Source: Eledone cirrhosa
Taxonomy: Eukaryota
Length of the DNA stretch: 64,000 nucleotides
Direction: 5' to 3'
Assembly (NCBI GenBank): GCA_964016885.1
Contig: OZ024757.1
Span: 38,192,001 to 38,256,000, forward strand
A model generated the notes under the pieces. It was not told the DNA's origin. It saw only the letters and a list, made by a program, of their open reading frames with translations, and made no database searches. Both the position numbers and the translations under genes were made by a program. Of the stretch, positions 32,580-45,731 are shown piece by piece. Position 1 is the stretch's first letter. Each line of letters starts with the position of its first letter.

Positions 32580-32769
32580 AAAGAAAGTGTGGCAAGGACC
32601 CTGGTGGAACTTGACGAACCAGAGTACTCGATACTTAAGGTAGTAGAGTGGGTAATAGGAAAAGCGTCAGGACCCCGACTGTTGAGCTCCAGACGTTTTG
32701 ACAGCTAGATACTAAACTAGATGTCGAAACGGCCAGAACTCAGCAGTCGGGGTCTGACTCTTTTCCTAT
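32578..32769. mobile_element. fold-back element family A (palindrome 32655-32769, extension on the left)
   Basis: ATAGGAAAAG.GTCAG.ACCCCGACTG.TGAG.TC is inverted as GAACTCAGCAGTCGGGGTCTGACTCTTTTCCTAT. Confidence 0.85.
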
Positions 32770-32780
32770 ATATATATATC

Positions 32781-32858
32781 CAGGATATACCCCCAAAATA
32801 TATACACACATTATTAGAATGCTGTTCAAGTGTGTATACATTACTTATGGACACCCTA
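32781..32858. mobile_element. Tc1/mariner-type MITE (degenerate)
   Basis: TIR remnants CAGGATATACCC / GGACACCCT; reverse-orientation homologue of 41415-41493. Confidence 0.65.
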
Positions 32859-32908
32859 CACACACACATATATATATACACATATATATATATATATACA
32901 CATACATT

Positions 32909-32949
<41 letters not shown>

Positions 32950-33635
32950 GTATATGTATATATATATGTGTGTGTGTGTGTATATATACACATATAAATA
33001 ACAGTAGGCCCGACGTAGACTTAAACTTTTAGTGATTGTTAATTATATGAAAGCTATTCATTTTCATATCAACGACTTTAAATTTAGTTCCTCTCGACAT
33101 TCAGTCGTCAAAGAGGCTCTAAACTTTATATTTTTCTGGTCTCATTCAATGCCTGGCGTTTGTTTTGAAAATGGTCTCTAACATTCGTATCGTTACTTCA
33201 CACATGATTTACTACCAAACGCCTTGTCGCCATGTTTCTCGTTCTCTTACTTACTCCAACATTGTCCTTCTAGTGTGTTCTTCGGCGTTTCATGTACTCA
33301 TTAAATAAGCTAATTACAACGATAGAGAATTCATTAGAAAGACCATATGTCACAGGGGATCTAATCATTTGGATATACACACTTCAATAGGTTTGTGTTG
33401 AAAATGGAAATAGAAAAGCAACGATACCCAAGTCTAATGTTTATGGCGGGATTCAAGACGAGTGGAAATGTTGAGGATTAAAGAAATATATTCAGATTTC
33501 ATTAGTATATATACATATATAAACACCTACATATATAAATATCTACATAGGTAAATACATATGTATATACATATGAACACAAACACACACAAATATATAT
33601 ACCTATGTACATACATACACACTAACACACATAAA

Positions 33636-33715
<80 letters not shown>

Positions 33716-33754
33716 CGCACACACACATACCTACGAACATGTACACACTTACAC

Positions 33755-33870
33755 AATTCTGCCAATCTTTGTTGGAAATTCAGCCAATTTCTGCTGAAAA
33801 TACATCCAATTTTTGTTGAAAATTTAGTAAATTTTCTTGAAAATTCAGTCAATTTTTGTTGAAAAGTTTT
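33755..33870. repeat. ~22-bp degenerate tandem repeat x5
   Basis: Unit approximately AATTCAGCCAATTTTTGTTGAA. Confidence 0.75.
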
Positions 33871-33934
33871 CAACAAAAATTGACTCCATATTTATAATTG
33901 CATATTAAACATATATAAGTATAAATATTATTAT

Positions 33935-33973
<39 letters not shown>

Positions 33974-34258
33974 TCATATACATGTAAGCGAAACTTTGAC
34001 ACTTTCTTGTAATATATATATACATGAAGGCTACAAACGCTGCTAAGAGTATTGCAATAGCTTGTCAGATTATAGAGTTTGGTGCACTTTTAGGCTACGG
34101 CCGGCCACACGAAACAGATCCTGAACAAGCAATGCCTGTGCTTTGAATGTATTTGTTTAAGTGGGGAAAGGCCTTGCACTCGACCACTCCCACTCTCTGA
34201 GCATCGAAAACACTACCCGATGATGCTGACAAGTTAGAGAGGAAGATAAAATGAACGC

Positions 34259-34402
34259 ACACAGACAGTCACACAGACAGGGTCACACAGACAGAGCCAC
34301 ACAGACAGAGCCACACAGACAGAGCCACACAGACAGAGCCACACAGACAGAGCCATACAGACAGAGCCACACAGACAGAGCCACACAGACAGAGCCACAC
34401 AG
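34259..34402. repeat. 14-bp minisatellite (ACAGACAGAGCCAC)n
   Basis: About 10 copies. Confidence 0.95.
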
Positions 34403-34477
34403 CAGGATTTACACATATCGTGTTTCTGTCTCTCAAACACCCATTATATATATATATATTTGTGGTGTGCATATGTT

Positions 34478-34556
<79 letters not shown>

Positions 34557-34692
34557 GGAGGTGAGTTTTATTGTAGTACAATAAAGCAATGCAGATATCG
34601 GATAAGAAGCACTCTGCAGTTTGTAGGACTGGAGTATACATAATATATATTAATATATTAATATATATTATATGTATATATATATATGTATA

Positions 34693-34844
34693 TATAAACC
34701 GACAGAGATACGCGATCAGACGCTTCTACAGACTGACACATAAGACACTAATATATACACATACATACATACCCATACATACGTATATACATATATATAC
34801 ATATATATATATTCATATATATATATATGTGTGTGTATATGTGG

Positions 34845-34890
<46 letters not shown>

Positions 34891-34970
34891 GTATAAACCG
34901 ACAGAGCTAAGCGAACAGACGCTTCTACAGACTGCACATAAGACACTAATATATACACATACATACATTC
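34693..34970. repeat. local direct duplication (~34693-34770 and ~34892-34968)
   Basis: TATAAACCGACAGAG..A.GCGA.CAGACGCTTCTACAGACTG..CATAAGACACTAATATATACAC occurs twice. Confidence 0.85.
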
Positions 34971-35070
34971 ATATATATATATATTTATATATATATATAT
35001 ACTCACACACAGATACATACACACTTCTTCTCTTACACACACACACATAGTTGTCTCTCTGTGAGAGTGC

Positions 35071-35077
<7 letters not shown>

Positions 35078-35102
<25 letters not shown>

Positions 35103-35121
35103 CTATTTATATATATATATA

Positions 35122-35214
<93 letters not shown>

Positions 35215-35239
35215 ATATATTTATATATATATATTTATT

Positions 35240-35272
<33 letters not shown>

Positions 35273-35687
35273 ATATATTTATTTATATATATATATATAT
35301 ATTTATTTATATATATATATATATATTTATTTATATATATATATATATATATTTATTTATATATATATATATATATATTTATTTATATATATATATATAT
35401 ATATTTATTTATATATATATATATATATATTTATTTATATATATATATATATATATTTATTTATATATATATATATATATATTTATTTATATATATATAT
35501 ATATATATTTATTTATATATATATATATTTATTTATATATATATATATATATATTTATTTATATATATATATATATTTATTATATATATATATATATATA
35601 TTTATTTATATATATATATATATATATTTATTTATATATATATATATATATAAATAAATAAATATATATATATTTATTTATATATAT
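35078..35687. repeat. (TA)n array with periodic TTTA interruptions
   Basis: Direct inspection. Confidence 0.97.
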
Positions 35688-36940
35688 ATCCTCACCAAGA
35701 TGGAGCGCGCGCTCTTCCAATTCCTTTGGAAGAGGCGGGCTCCTATGGTGAGGAGATCCATCTGCTGTCAACACCCTTCGAAAGGAGGGCTGGGGATGCC
35801 GTGGTTAATGATGCGTAAACACGCATTAAGGCTACGGCACCTCTACGTATTCCTCACCGGACAACTGGTGTGGGCCTCGTTTGTGAGACGAACCTTTCCC
35901 AGACTCGTCTCACTCACCGAGCTGCAATCCACGGTCAAGCAAAGACCGAGTAAACTGGGCGCCTGGCACACTGAGTGTGCCAGGCGCTCGCCGCCCTCTG
36001 GCAGGCGGATCCGGTTATCAGTGGAGACTCCTCCGCAACATTCTATAGAGGGCTGGTACGCAGCAGGTGCGACGACGCCCTCGGAGAAGCCCTAGACATG
36101 GAGGAGGACGAACTGGCCAGCCTGTTCGGTAGGACATTCAGCCCGGGACCTATGGACAACTTCCAGAAGTCCCTGGCCTGGCAGTGCTACCGAGGGGCTT
36201 TACCCGTTCGAGAAAGGCTCTACAGACACGGGCGCCCGGGTAGGGACCCCGCCAAAAAGATCTGTCCCAGATGCGTGTGCGACGAGGAAACCGTTGCACA
36301 CGCATTGGTACACTGCTCGGGCGTAGCCGATCTGTGGGGCTATGTCGAACAACTGCTGTCAAGGGTGGGACCGATCCGGTTGACCACCGAGTCTATTGTA
36401 ATGATCAAGCCGCCTCCCCCCTTCAAAGATGAAGCAGAGGCGGTGTTTCTGTGCGTAATAGCCATGGCGAAAGAGGTTGTATGGTGGACGCGTCTGAAAG
36501 GACTGAGGTCAGGCACCTTTCTCTCTGGCCAACAACTGGTCCGTTTCTTCCGATATCATTTCGGAAGAAGGATCAGGATGGAGAGAGAGGTGCTGCACCC
36601 CAGCCGTTTCTATGAAAGATGGGTGAAAGTGGCGAGAATGGCCTGTGTGAATGGGCCTTCACTCTACATCAGACTATAGGTGAGGAAGATGAAAGACCAA
36701 GGGAGCACCCCTTCTCTGTGCTCCTGAGGAGAAGGGTTGCACACTTTTTTCGGGGGTGTGTGCGACCCCCAAGGCGCCTCCTCTCTATTGAGGATTTTGT
36801 TATAGATTTTATTTTTTGTTATATCTTATTTTATTTTTATATTTTGTTATTGCCTCCTCCTTATTGAGGACGCCTTTTTGTGTAAACTCCCCCCTTTGTA
36901 CTTGTCCCACTTTTGATGCCCTAGTGGCAAATAAAAGAAA
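35688..36940 (+). mobile_element. 5'-truncated L1/Tx1-clade LINE (ORF2 C-terminus plus 3' UTR), one frameshift
   Basis: FQFLWK...P.KGGLGMP motif; frameshift near 35978 joins ORFs 35700 and 35975; zf-RVT-type CPRC...ETVAHALVHC and WWTR; stop at 36679; T-rich UTR ending AAATAAAAGAAA; GC-rich island inside (TA)n. Confidence 0.92.
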
Positions 36941-37014
36941 CATATATATATATATATATAAATAAATAACTATATATATATTTATTCATATATATATATT
37001 TATATATATATATT

Positions 37015-37049
<35 letters not shown>

Positions 37050-37533
37050 TTATATATATATATATTTCTATATTTTTATACATAGTGATGCATACTCTCA
37101 TCCGCTCCCTCATAAACACACACATAAGCGTACGGACATGGTGGCCCCTGCAGCAAATTTCACTCGTGATTCACAATAGGAATATGAGAAATGAAAGAGA
37201 TGAGACTAGCATTAATTATGAAGCTATATATGATAGCAGCAAAACTTTTGGTGGCTATCAAAGATACAAACTGGAAGATTGAAGTATGCCTCTTGTAAAC
37301 ATAGAAATGTATGATCAAACAGAAATATTCGTTTTGTGCGTGAACTACACTCAGACACACACACACACAAAACGTTTGCATATATATGTATTTGTATTTG
37401 ATTGTCGTATGTATGTATGTATGTGTGAGTGTATGTATATATATATATGTGTGTGTGTGTGGATGGGTGTATATGTATGAGTGTGTGTGTGTATTAGTGT
37501 GTGTGTATGTATGTATGTGTGTGTCTGTTTGCA

Positions 37534-37564
<31 letters not shown>

Positions 37565-37717
37565 GTGTATATGTGGACAGAGAGATTTATCAGACAGACA
37601 GTTGTTGAAGATTTGCGCATCCTTAAGTCTTACAACACTTAGTTTTGTTTGTACTTTTAATTCCGTGATTCAAATCCCAATCACATCGAAGCCTATTTAC
37701 GTCCCAACTGTGTAATA

Positions 37718-38330
37718 TAATTGTTTCTACATTTGGCACAAGGCCAGCAATTATCCCAGTGCATTACTGGTGCTTTATAATACAACTATACAATACAATT
37801 AGACTATCTCTGTAGTTATATCCTGGTATCTTTGTCAAACGCGCCGTAACCTCCCATTGAAATTTCAGTTTCGTGCTGTGCATGTTGATGTATTTAGAGT
37901 ATTGATCCACTGTTGCTAGGTAATTTAGACTTTTAACCGATTTCACTCTAAAACTACCTCATTGTTTCCCTGGTGCCTCTTTTTTATTGACCCTGTACGG
38001 ATGAAGGCTAAGCAGACCTTGGCGAGATTTGATCTCAGTAGAAACAGGACTGTAACTCTAACCCTAATTCTACCCCAATGCTTTACTGGTACTTTATTTA
38101 TCGGCCCTTAAGGGTGAAAGACAAAGCTGTTCTTGGCGGGATTTGATCTAAGATTGTAAAGGACTTTAACCCGAAAATTAAACCTAATTACACCACAGTG
38201 CTTTACTGGTGTTTTATTTTATCGGCCCCGTAAGGATGAATGGCAGAGTTAACCTCGACGGTATATGAACTTAGAAAATAGATGACTGCAACTCTAAGCT
38301 GCAAAGCATACTGATGCAGCTAATCCACGG
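37718..38330 (-). mobile_element. split SINE plus tandem partial SINE copies
   Basis: Tail at 37718-37778; core/B-box segments at about 37965-38058, 38077-38170, 38195-38330. Confidence 0.8.
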
Positions 38331-38636
38331 CCCTAGTTACCTAACTAATGGTAAAATCTAAGGAAACGCTCAAAATTGTTGCGTGTGGTTTCATTGGCAA
38401 CATACTATACACAACCTATTAAAAAAATATATTCTGTTACGTTATTCACCAAACACAAATATAATAATCTAAAATGTAATTACTTTAATAAATCTCTAAA
38501 TTCTTGACAAGAAAATGTCTTGCATTAGAAATATGAGAAGGAAACCTTTAATATTAAGACATATTAAGACATATTAAGACATTTTCCTCACTATATCAGT
38601 CGTAAAACTATCATAACGTATTTGTATAATATTGTA

Positions 38637-39060
38637 AGGCGGTGACTTGGCAGTATCGGTAGAGGGTTGGACGCCGTGCTTTCTAGCATAGTTACGTCCC
38701 TTTACGGGTTCAAATCCTGTCGAGGTTACCTTTGCCTTTCATCCTTACGGGGTCGCTAAAATAAAGTACCAGTAATGTACTGTGTAATTGCTGGCCTTGT
38801 GCCAAAATTAGAAACAATTATAATGTACGTCGGTAAGGGCGCTGGATTAGCAGTATCGCCAGAGCATCGAACACCATGCTGTGCTGCATATAGTTACGAC
38901 CCTTTACGATGGTCTGAGTTCAAATGCTACCGAGGTTAACTTTGCCTTTCATCCCCACGGGGTCGATAAAATAAAGCACCAGTCACTCACTGGGGTCGAT
39001 TTAATCGACTTCCCCCTCGCCCAAAATTACTAGCCTTGTGCCTATATAAGAAACCATTTT
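38637..39060 (+). mobile_element. SINE pair: short subfamily (38637-38821) then long subfamily (38837-39060)
   Basis: Both full length; second copy flanked by direct repeat TGTACGTCGGT (about 38824 and 39063). Confidence 0.93.
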
Positions 39061-39582
39061 ATTGTACGTCGGTGTTGCCTTCCCTTTACATATATTATAT
39101 TATTTTAATTATTTCTGTTCATACATTAAAGAAAGGTGCTACCCAGTGATTCGAGGTCTAAATTTGACGATAGCAGACACTAATACGTGTTCATACGATA
39201 CCTTTAAAAAGTGATTAACTAAGAATTAATTCTTACGAAAGATAACATAAAATAAAGGAATATATATATATATATAATATATATAAAATATATATATATA
39301 TATAATATATATAAAATAATTAAGTCAAATAATTAAGTTAAATTTTACATTACTCCGGAGTAATGTAAACTCCAATCTGCATACTGAGGTGTCGGTAAAC
39401 AACCAACATATACTCAAAATAAAATAAAAAATAATAATAAATATATATATATACATATATACATATATACATATAGTTATAATTTCGGAGGGCCATTCAG
39501 CCAATAAAAAAACACGCACCTGTTATATATACTTATATATGTATATATATACATACTTATATATATATATATATATATATAT

Positions 39583-39849
39583 AAATTATAAACGTAAGCT
39601 ATCGCCGTATTTTGACTAAAGAAATTAAAGAAAATTATTTAGCCTGATAGTGGGGTTAAGAACCCTCGGAGAAATGGAAAAAGATGAGTATTGACGTATA
39701 TGTACGTCAATACTCATCTTTTTCTATTTCTCCGAGGGTTCTTAACCCCACTATCAGGCTAAATAATTTTCTTTAATTTCTTTAGTCAAAATACGGCGAT
39801 AGCTTACGTTTATAATTTCAAACCCGCTCGCTGTTTCGAAAATATTCTT

Positions 39850-39853
<4 letters not shown>
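39583..39853. mobile_element. fold-back element family E: 236-bp spacerless palindrome plus right extension
   Basis: 39583-39700 is the reverse complement of 39701-39818 with two mismatches seen; (TA)n flanks. Confidence 0.95.
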
Positions 39854-39891
<38 letters not shown>

Positions 39892-40865
39892 TAACAGATT
39901 AAAGTTTAAGCAAAGAATCGCTGCTTTCACCCTTAACGGGATCTTCTGAAATTCATACTCTGTTTTATGTATACAAATAGGTGAAAGCTTTCTCAGAACA
40001 AAGGCTGTATATTCTACTGACATGTGATGATTTTTGTTTTCCACTGTTGCCATTCTTTTGTCTGTTTTGTCCTTTAAACAATACTTATAATACTTGAATA
40101 CATTATTATAGTATTTCTTACAATTATTCGAATGAGTTGAACTACACGTAGGTTTTTGACATTTAAACAAAATGAATCGAAATACAAATAACGTAAGATA
40201 TAGAAGTAAATGTGTGACTTACAGACATGAAATCATCTAATCATTTTAATTAGAACCTTAGAGATGTTATACAACATTTGTCTAACCTGATTCCAAATGG
40301 GATTTCTTTAATTGCACCTAAATTGAACCAAGCGTACCTAAAGAACGTCTTCATATTTGCAATATAAAGCAATTAATAAGATGAACCGCCGATCTTCAAT
40401 TGTAAATATATACGTAAGTTCATTCGCACAGATGATATTTTGCTATAACAAGCAAACTTTTCTTTAAGTGGATGACAATCAAAGGCCACACAATATGGAT
40501 TCGGCTATGGAGTGTAGAAATGTGTTTCCCTACATCCACCATTGTCTTTACACAAAATGATGTTTAATAAGTGATTACTTATCAAACAATTGTTCTTTTT
40601 CAGTCTATTGAAACCAGTCAATTCAAATTGTATATACATAGATATATACGCACATATATAAGTAGACACCTATACAAAGACTGTTGTCTGTGTGTTTGTG
40701 TATATATATATATATATACGTGTGTACGGGATAGTTATCATTTTAGGTAATCCAGTTAGAAGTTGTGAGTACTCTGTACTATGGATAGTTTTAACGTACG
40801 GTGTTGCTTGACCCAACAAGAGGTTTCCTTCCTTAGGTAGCGAGTTTGCGAGAATTCTCATGTAG

Positions 40866-40970
40866 GTTATTCGAGTGATCAGCGACCTTTAGACGCACGT
40901 GGTCAATGAAACAATTGTTAATACTGTAAATAACCCTGTTTGTGCAGCTGACCATGTTATTCTTCACTCT
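40866..40970 (+). mobile_element. Penelope-like terminal-repeat fragment, degenerate hammerhead
   Basis: GACC...GGTC stem then GAAAC-AATT-GTT-aatac; same family as 3932-4002; ends at (TA)n. Confidence 0.55.
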
Positions 40971-40983
40971 TTCACTATATATA

Positions 40984-41043
<60 letters not shown>

Positions 41044-41360
41044 AGAGAGCGAGAGAGACGGAGAGATAGGTTTTCATTTTATTGAGGCTAAATAGTGTCT
41101 TGTTACTCTGGAAGTTCGTCTGTTTAACACAGGCTTATTAGACAATAATACCACGGTTGCATTTCTTTCCCTCGTGGCCTTTTGATAGGTAAAAGGCCAT
41201 GGGCGCACTATAGATCGATGATCTGTTTATAATGCGCCGAAACATCCATGATCCGTAGTAAACAGATGACGAAGGGAAAATTTCCATCTCTTATTTGTGT
41301 CGCCTTACCTTCTAACACGTCATCAGTAACCACACAGCCTCGGCTTCCTCAATCCATATT

Positions 41361-41414
<54 letters not shown>

Positions 41415-41417
<3 letters not shown>

Positions 41418-41493
41418 GGTGTCCCCGGAAAATGTATACACGCCTCAATATCATTCTAATCAAAATGTGTATATATTTTCTTGGGACTCTCTT
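41415..41493. mobile_element. Tc1/mariner-type MITE (~80 bp)
   Basis: TA|CAGGGTGTCCCCGGAAAATGTATACAC ... GTGTATATATTTTCTTGGGACTCTCT imperfect TIRs. Confidence 0.75.
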
Positions 41494-41964
41494 TTTATAT
41501 AATAAAAAAAAACCCAGATCGTTATAGTATATGACGATCATGTGTCGCTATGATCTCTCAATGAATCCAAAAATCTAAGAGCTCAGAGCACACACAGCCT
41601 GCTATATCATCGGAAACTACTTAGGTAATATTTTGGAGATAATAAATTAATGAGGCTAGAAAACAGAGTGACAGAATACAGATTTGAGATTCATGATTGT
41701 GAGGCTTGGTTTCAATTCTTTTAGGTCGATTGCTATAGAAAGGGATATGTGCAGGGTAGATATATCAAAGCTCGAGTTACTAGAGAGAAAGGTTAGGTCC
41801 ATGTAGTTAAATCGGCGTCTTTCTGAGTAGAGATATATTAATATACATTAAATAATAAACGAACACAAAATCTCTCTCAGCGTCATCTCTAGAAAATCCA
41901 CTTTCTTTCTCGTCTTCGAGTTCGTCGTCTTCGTCGATTTCGCCTTCATCGTATTTGTTGTCGT

Positions 41965-42130
41965 CGTCTTTTTCTTTTTCTTTTTCTTTTACTTTTTCTT
42001 TTTCTTCTTTTTCTTATTTTTCTTCTTTTTCTTCTTTTTCTTCTTTTTCTTATTTTTCTTCTTAATTTTCTTCTTTTGCTTCTTACTTTTCTTCTTTTTG
42101 TTCTTTTCTTCTTTTTCTTCTTCTTCTTCC
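41965..42130. repeat. (TTC/TTTTTC)n pyrimidine repeat
   Basis: Direct inspection. Confidence 0.9.
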
Positions 42131-42206
42131 AATATCTGTCCATATTACTAATAATCAAAAGATATATCTGATTGTATATTTATTCATGGATCTACCTTGT
42201 GGCGTG

Positions 42207-42242
<36 letters not shown>

Positions 42243-42298
42243 TAAATACACCAATGTGATATTTTTGTGCGAAATCTCTCTCTCTCTCTCTCTCGCTG

Positions 42299-42331
<33 letters not shown>

Positions 42332-42725
42332 AAATATACATATTCCAATATATTTTTTGTGTTGTTTTATTTCAATACATACCAATGAAAAACACACCAC
42401 ACGCAGCAACAGGGATAGGGTTTAATATTTTCTATTATTTTCCTAGAAAATTCAATGACTACTAAATAGTCGCTATTGTTCGTTGAACAATGGAATGAAA
42501 GACAAACACCTGCCAAGGTAATTACAAGGCCGACAGTACATGTTGCTATAACGTGAAACATAACACATATTTTATTTCAATGTAAATCATAATTGATTTT
42601 GAAACGTTTTTGAAAATTTACAACGAACACGAATATATACGAATCTATGAAACAATATATATGTACGTACAATATAAATAAATATATATATACATATATA
42701 TATATATACATATATATATATACAC

Positions 42726-42758
<33 letters not shown>

Positions 42759-42776
42759 TATATATATACAACATAC

Positions 42777-42807
<31 letters not shown>

Positions 42808-42932
42808 TATTGTGAAATATGTTTTTTAAAATGTCTAAGCACAATGTACAGAATTTTCGTTGTTTTATTTTTACTGTGAAACATATGCACGCAGGCAGGC
42901 GCATATATACATATATATATTGTCAGGTACGG

Positions 42933-42980
<48 letters not shown>

Positions 42981-43146
42981 ACACATGTACATATATAGTT
43001 TCCACTTTCTCTTTCTATCTAAACACACACATATATGTACACATAACACAACCACACACGCCTGTACACATATATATAATGTTTGTGTGTAATTGTGTAT
43101 GGTATATATTTATATATATATAAGCCTGTGCGTAATTTTGTGTGTA

Positions 43147-43182
<36 letters not shown>

Positions 43183-44481
43183 ATGTGTGTGTGTGTGCGT
43201 GTATGCATCTGTGCGTGTGCGTTCGTACGCGTTTGTGTGCACTTTTATTTGAATTGCCAGTATTTCTACCAGTGTAGCCTTGTTCTATATTGTAATTAAG
43301 GCGGAGAACGGAAATGTTTCATTCTTTTTTCTGAAGGGTTTATTATATTATAGACCATTCAGCTGCAATAAGGAGAAATGCAAATTGCTTCCAGACAAAA
43401 ATGGCCAACATTTCATATATAATTCTAAGCAAGCATATGTTATTGTTGCAATCTTCATTTCTTTATATTTAGTTTAATTCATATTTACGGCTCACTATAT
43501 GTTGGGTTTGATTTCCTCTTCCTCAGCTGTCCTGCAACATTTGATCTCTTTAGCTGCTCTCGTGACCCCAGACCTCTGGGATATTAGTCCCCGCTCCCAG
43601 TTTCATCTCCTGTATATCAGAAATTAAGGTGCACATACACGTGTACTCCACATACACGTGTACGTGTGCAGTACAGTCAATGTAGTTCTCAGGGAGATTC
43701 AGCGTGACACACAATGACATGTCTGGTCCTTCGTTGCCACAGTTTAATCAGGTAGAAATTAGTGCGGTTGTCTTTGTGCCAAACTACCTTTGACCATTGA
43801 CTTTACGTTGAACAACATCTGTTATGTAATGAAGACCAAAATTCATTCGTGGGCTATCGTTGATTCTGCGCACGTTTGTGCCTAGATGCCGAAACCCTTG
43901 GTCATTCGTCACCAAAGCGGGACCTAAGACCGTCGATGAATGACGCCATTTCTATACTATACTCTATTCAACGTTATCCTATTAAGACGCGAGACATTTT
44001 CACTTAATAGAGGCGGAGAGTAGAACAAAAAATGTTTGAGAACCTTTCCTACTTTTTCTGTTTCTCTTTCAAAACCATTTTTTTTTCATAGAAAAAAATA
44101 GCAAAATCAAACAAACTCATTATTCAAAAACAAACAAAAAAAAACACACCACCACACACAACTCTAAGACACCAGCATGTATACCAACAACAACAACAGT
44201 AACAACAACAACATCAACATGTAGAACAAAACCTCACGATATAAACAGCTGTAAACATCCACTACAAGAAAACTTGGTATTGTTCAAGTCAGTATCTTCA
44301 AGAAGAAGTTTCTTTACCGTGTATGATTTATTAATCATATTTCCAGTTATTCCATACTAGAAGTAAACGGCTTTATCTCTCTTTTGTCCATATTTATTAT
44401 TCTACAGCTTCCATTTTTCACTTGAAATCGCAGTACTAAATGATTTCTAAGATATGTATAATTAGATTTACAGATTTTTAC

Positions 44482-44501
44482 CATCATCATCATCTTCTCC
44501 A

Positions 44502-44553
<52 letters not shown>

Positions 44554-44561
44554 TATTATTG

Positions 44562-44602
<41 letters not shown>

Positions 44603-44790
44603 TTGTCATATTTCATTTAATTTTATTTTTCAGCATTTTACTTGATGGATTCAGAGATTTAATATTATTTTTTTTCTTCATTGTATATTTTTTGTCTGTT
44701 TGTCTTGTCATTAGTTGTTGGTGTTGGTGGTGGTGGTGGTGGTGGTGGTGGTGGTGGTGGTAGTGGTGGTGGTGGTGTTGGTGGTGGTGT
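44482..44790. repeat. trinucleotide tracts (CAT/TAT)n and (GGT)n
   Basis: Direct inspection. Confidence 0.92.
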
Positions 44791-45731
44791 TTGTTATTTT
44801 TTTCTTTTATTATATTATATTCCTTTTCGTGGCGTGTGTTCTCGAAAAAGTCTTTAGAATTAATGAAGACATTTCATCAAAATGATGCCACATGCAATTT
44901 ATTTTCAATTCAATATATAATTCTATAATTAGAAATGACAGAAAAATGAATTAATTTTGAAAGAACATAAATTTAAAAATACTACTACTACCACTACCAC
45001 TACTACTAATAATAATGACAATAATAATAATGCAAAAGATTAATCAACTTTAAAACATAATAAGATTATCAAAATGAAGGAAAAGAAAATGTTTAAAAGA
45101 TAGGAAGTCTATTTAGTATAGCTGTGTCTTTTTCTATTTGTTTTAGTTTCATAGCTCGATTTCAAAAATTTTATCACCGTAATATGATTAGGAAAAATGG
45201 CCAGGCATTTGAAAGTATAATTTTACCCAGATACTTTATTTTGGTCTAGTGACCTGTAAACTTATGTAAAACTGAGTCAAAAATAAGTTCAGTAGTTTTT
45301 CTATAGTGTATGATATTTTACTTTCATTTTAGTGGTGAATGGTGAGTTGCTATCGTAGTGCCTTTGTTTCATTGCTTTCTATACTGCATTAATATAATTA
45401 AATCTGATTTATTGAAGATAATTGTGTCGACAATGTCTTTTATTTATAAATCTAAAACTCCTTATGTGTATTATATCGCATGTATTATGTATTTGAATTA
45501 AGAAATAAAATATTATATTGTAAGTAGTGAAAAGAAAAAGAAATATCAACATGGTATATACAGAAGTAATAAGTGAAAGATATAAAGTATACTGACAGTG
45601 AACATTCAATACATCTAAAAATAAAGAATAACTATTGTAGTATAATTAGTATTATTGTTGAACATGTAGCGCTAGAGACTTAAGGTGTTCTTGGTCACCA
45701 TAATACATAAATATCGTTTGGTCGCGGATAT

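Noticed and set aside
38057-38067. Telomeric CTAACCCTAA
   Set aside because: Fewer than two units; not an interstitial telomere array.
41175-41250. Hairpins followed by GAAAC; similar cases at 13443 and 57275
   Set aside because: CUGANGA core and cleavage triplet or stem I are absent, so not counted as hammerheads.
44230-44290. TGTAAACATCC (44250-44260), identical to the miR-30 5' end
   Set aside because: Only 11 nt, no convincing precursor hairpin seen, and miR-30 is a vertebrate family; better read as a Fox-type motif or chance.
44470-44605. Minus-strand poly-N/D frame ending DGEDDDDGKNL*
   Set aside because: In-frame stop immediately upstream and no acceptor site; trinucleotide repeat.
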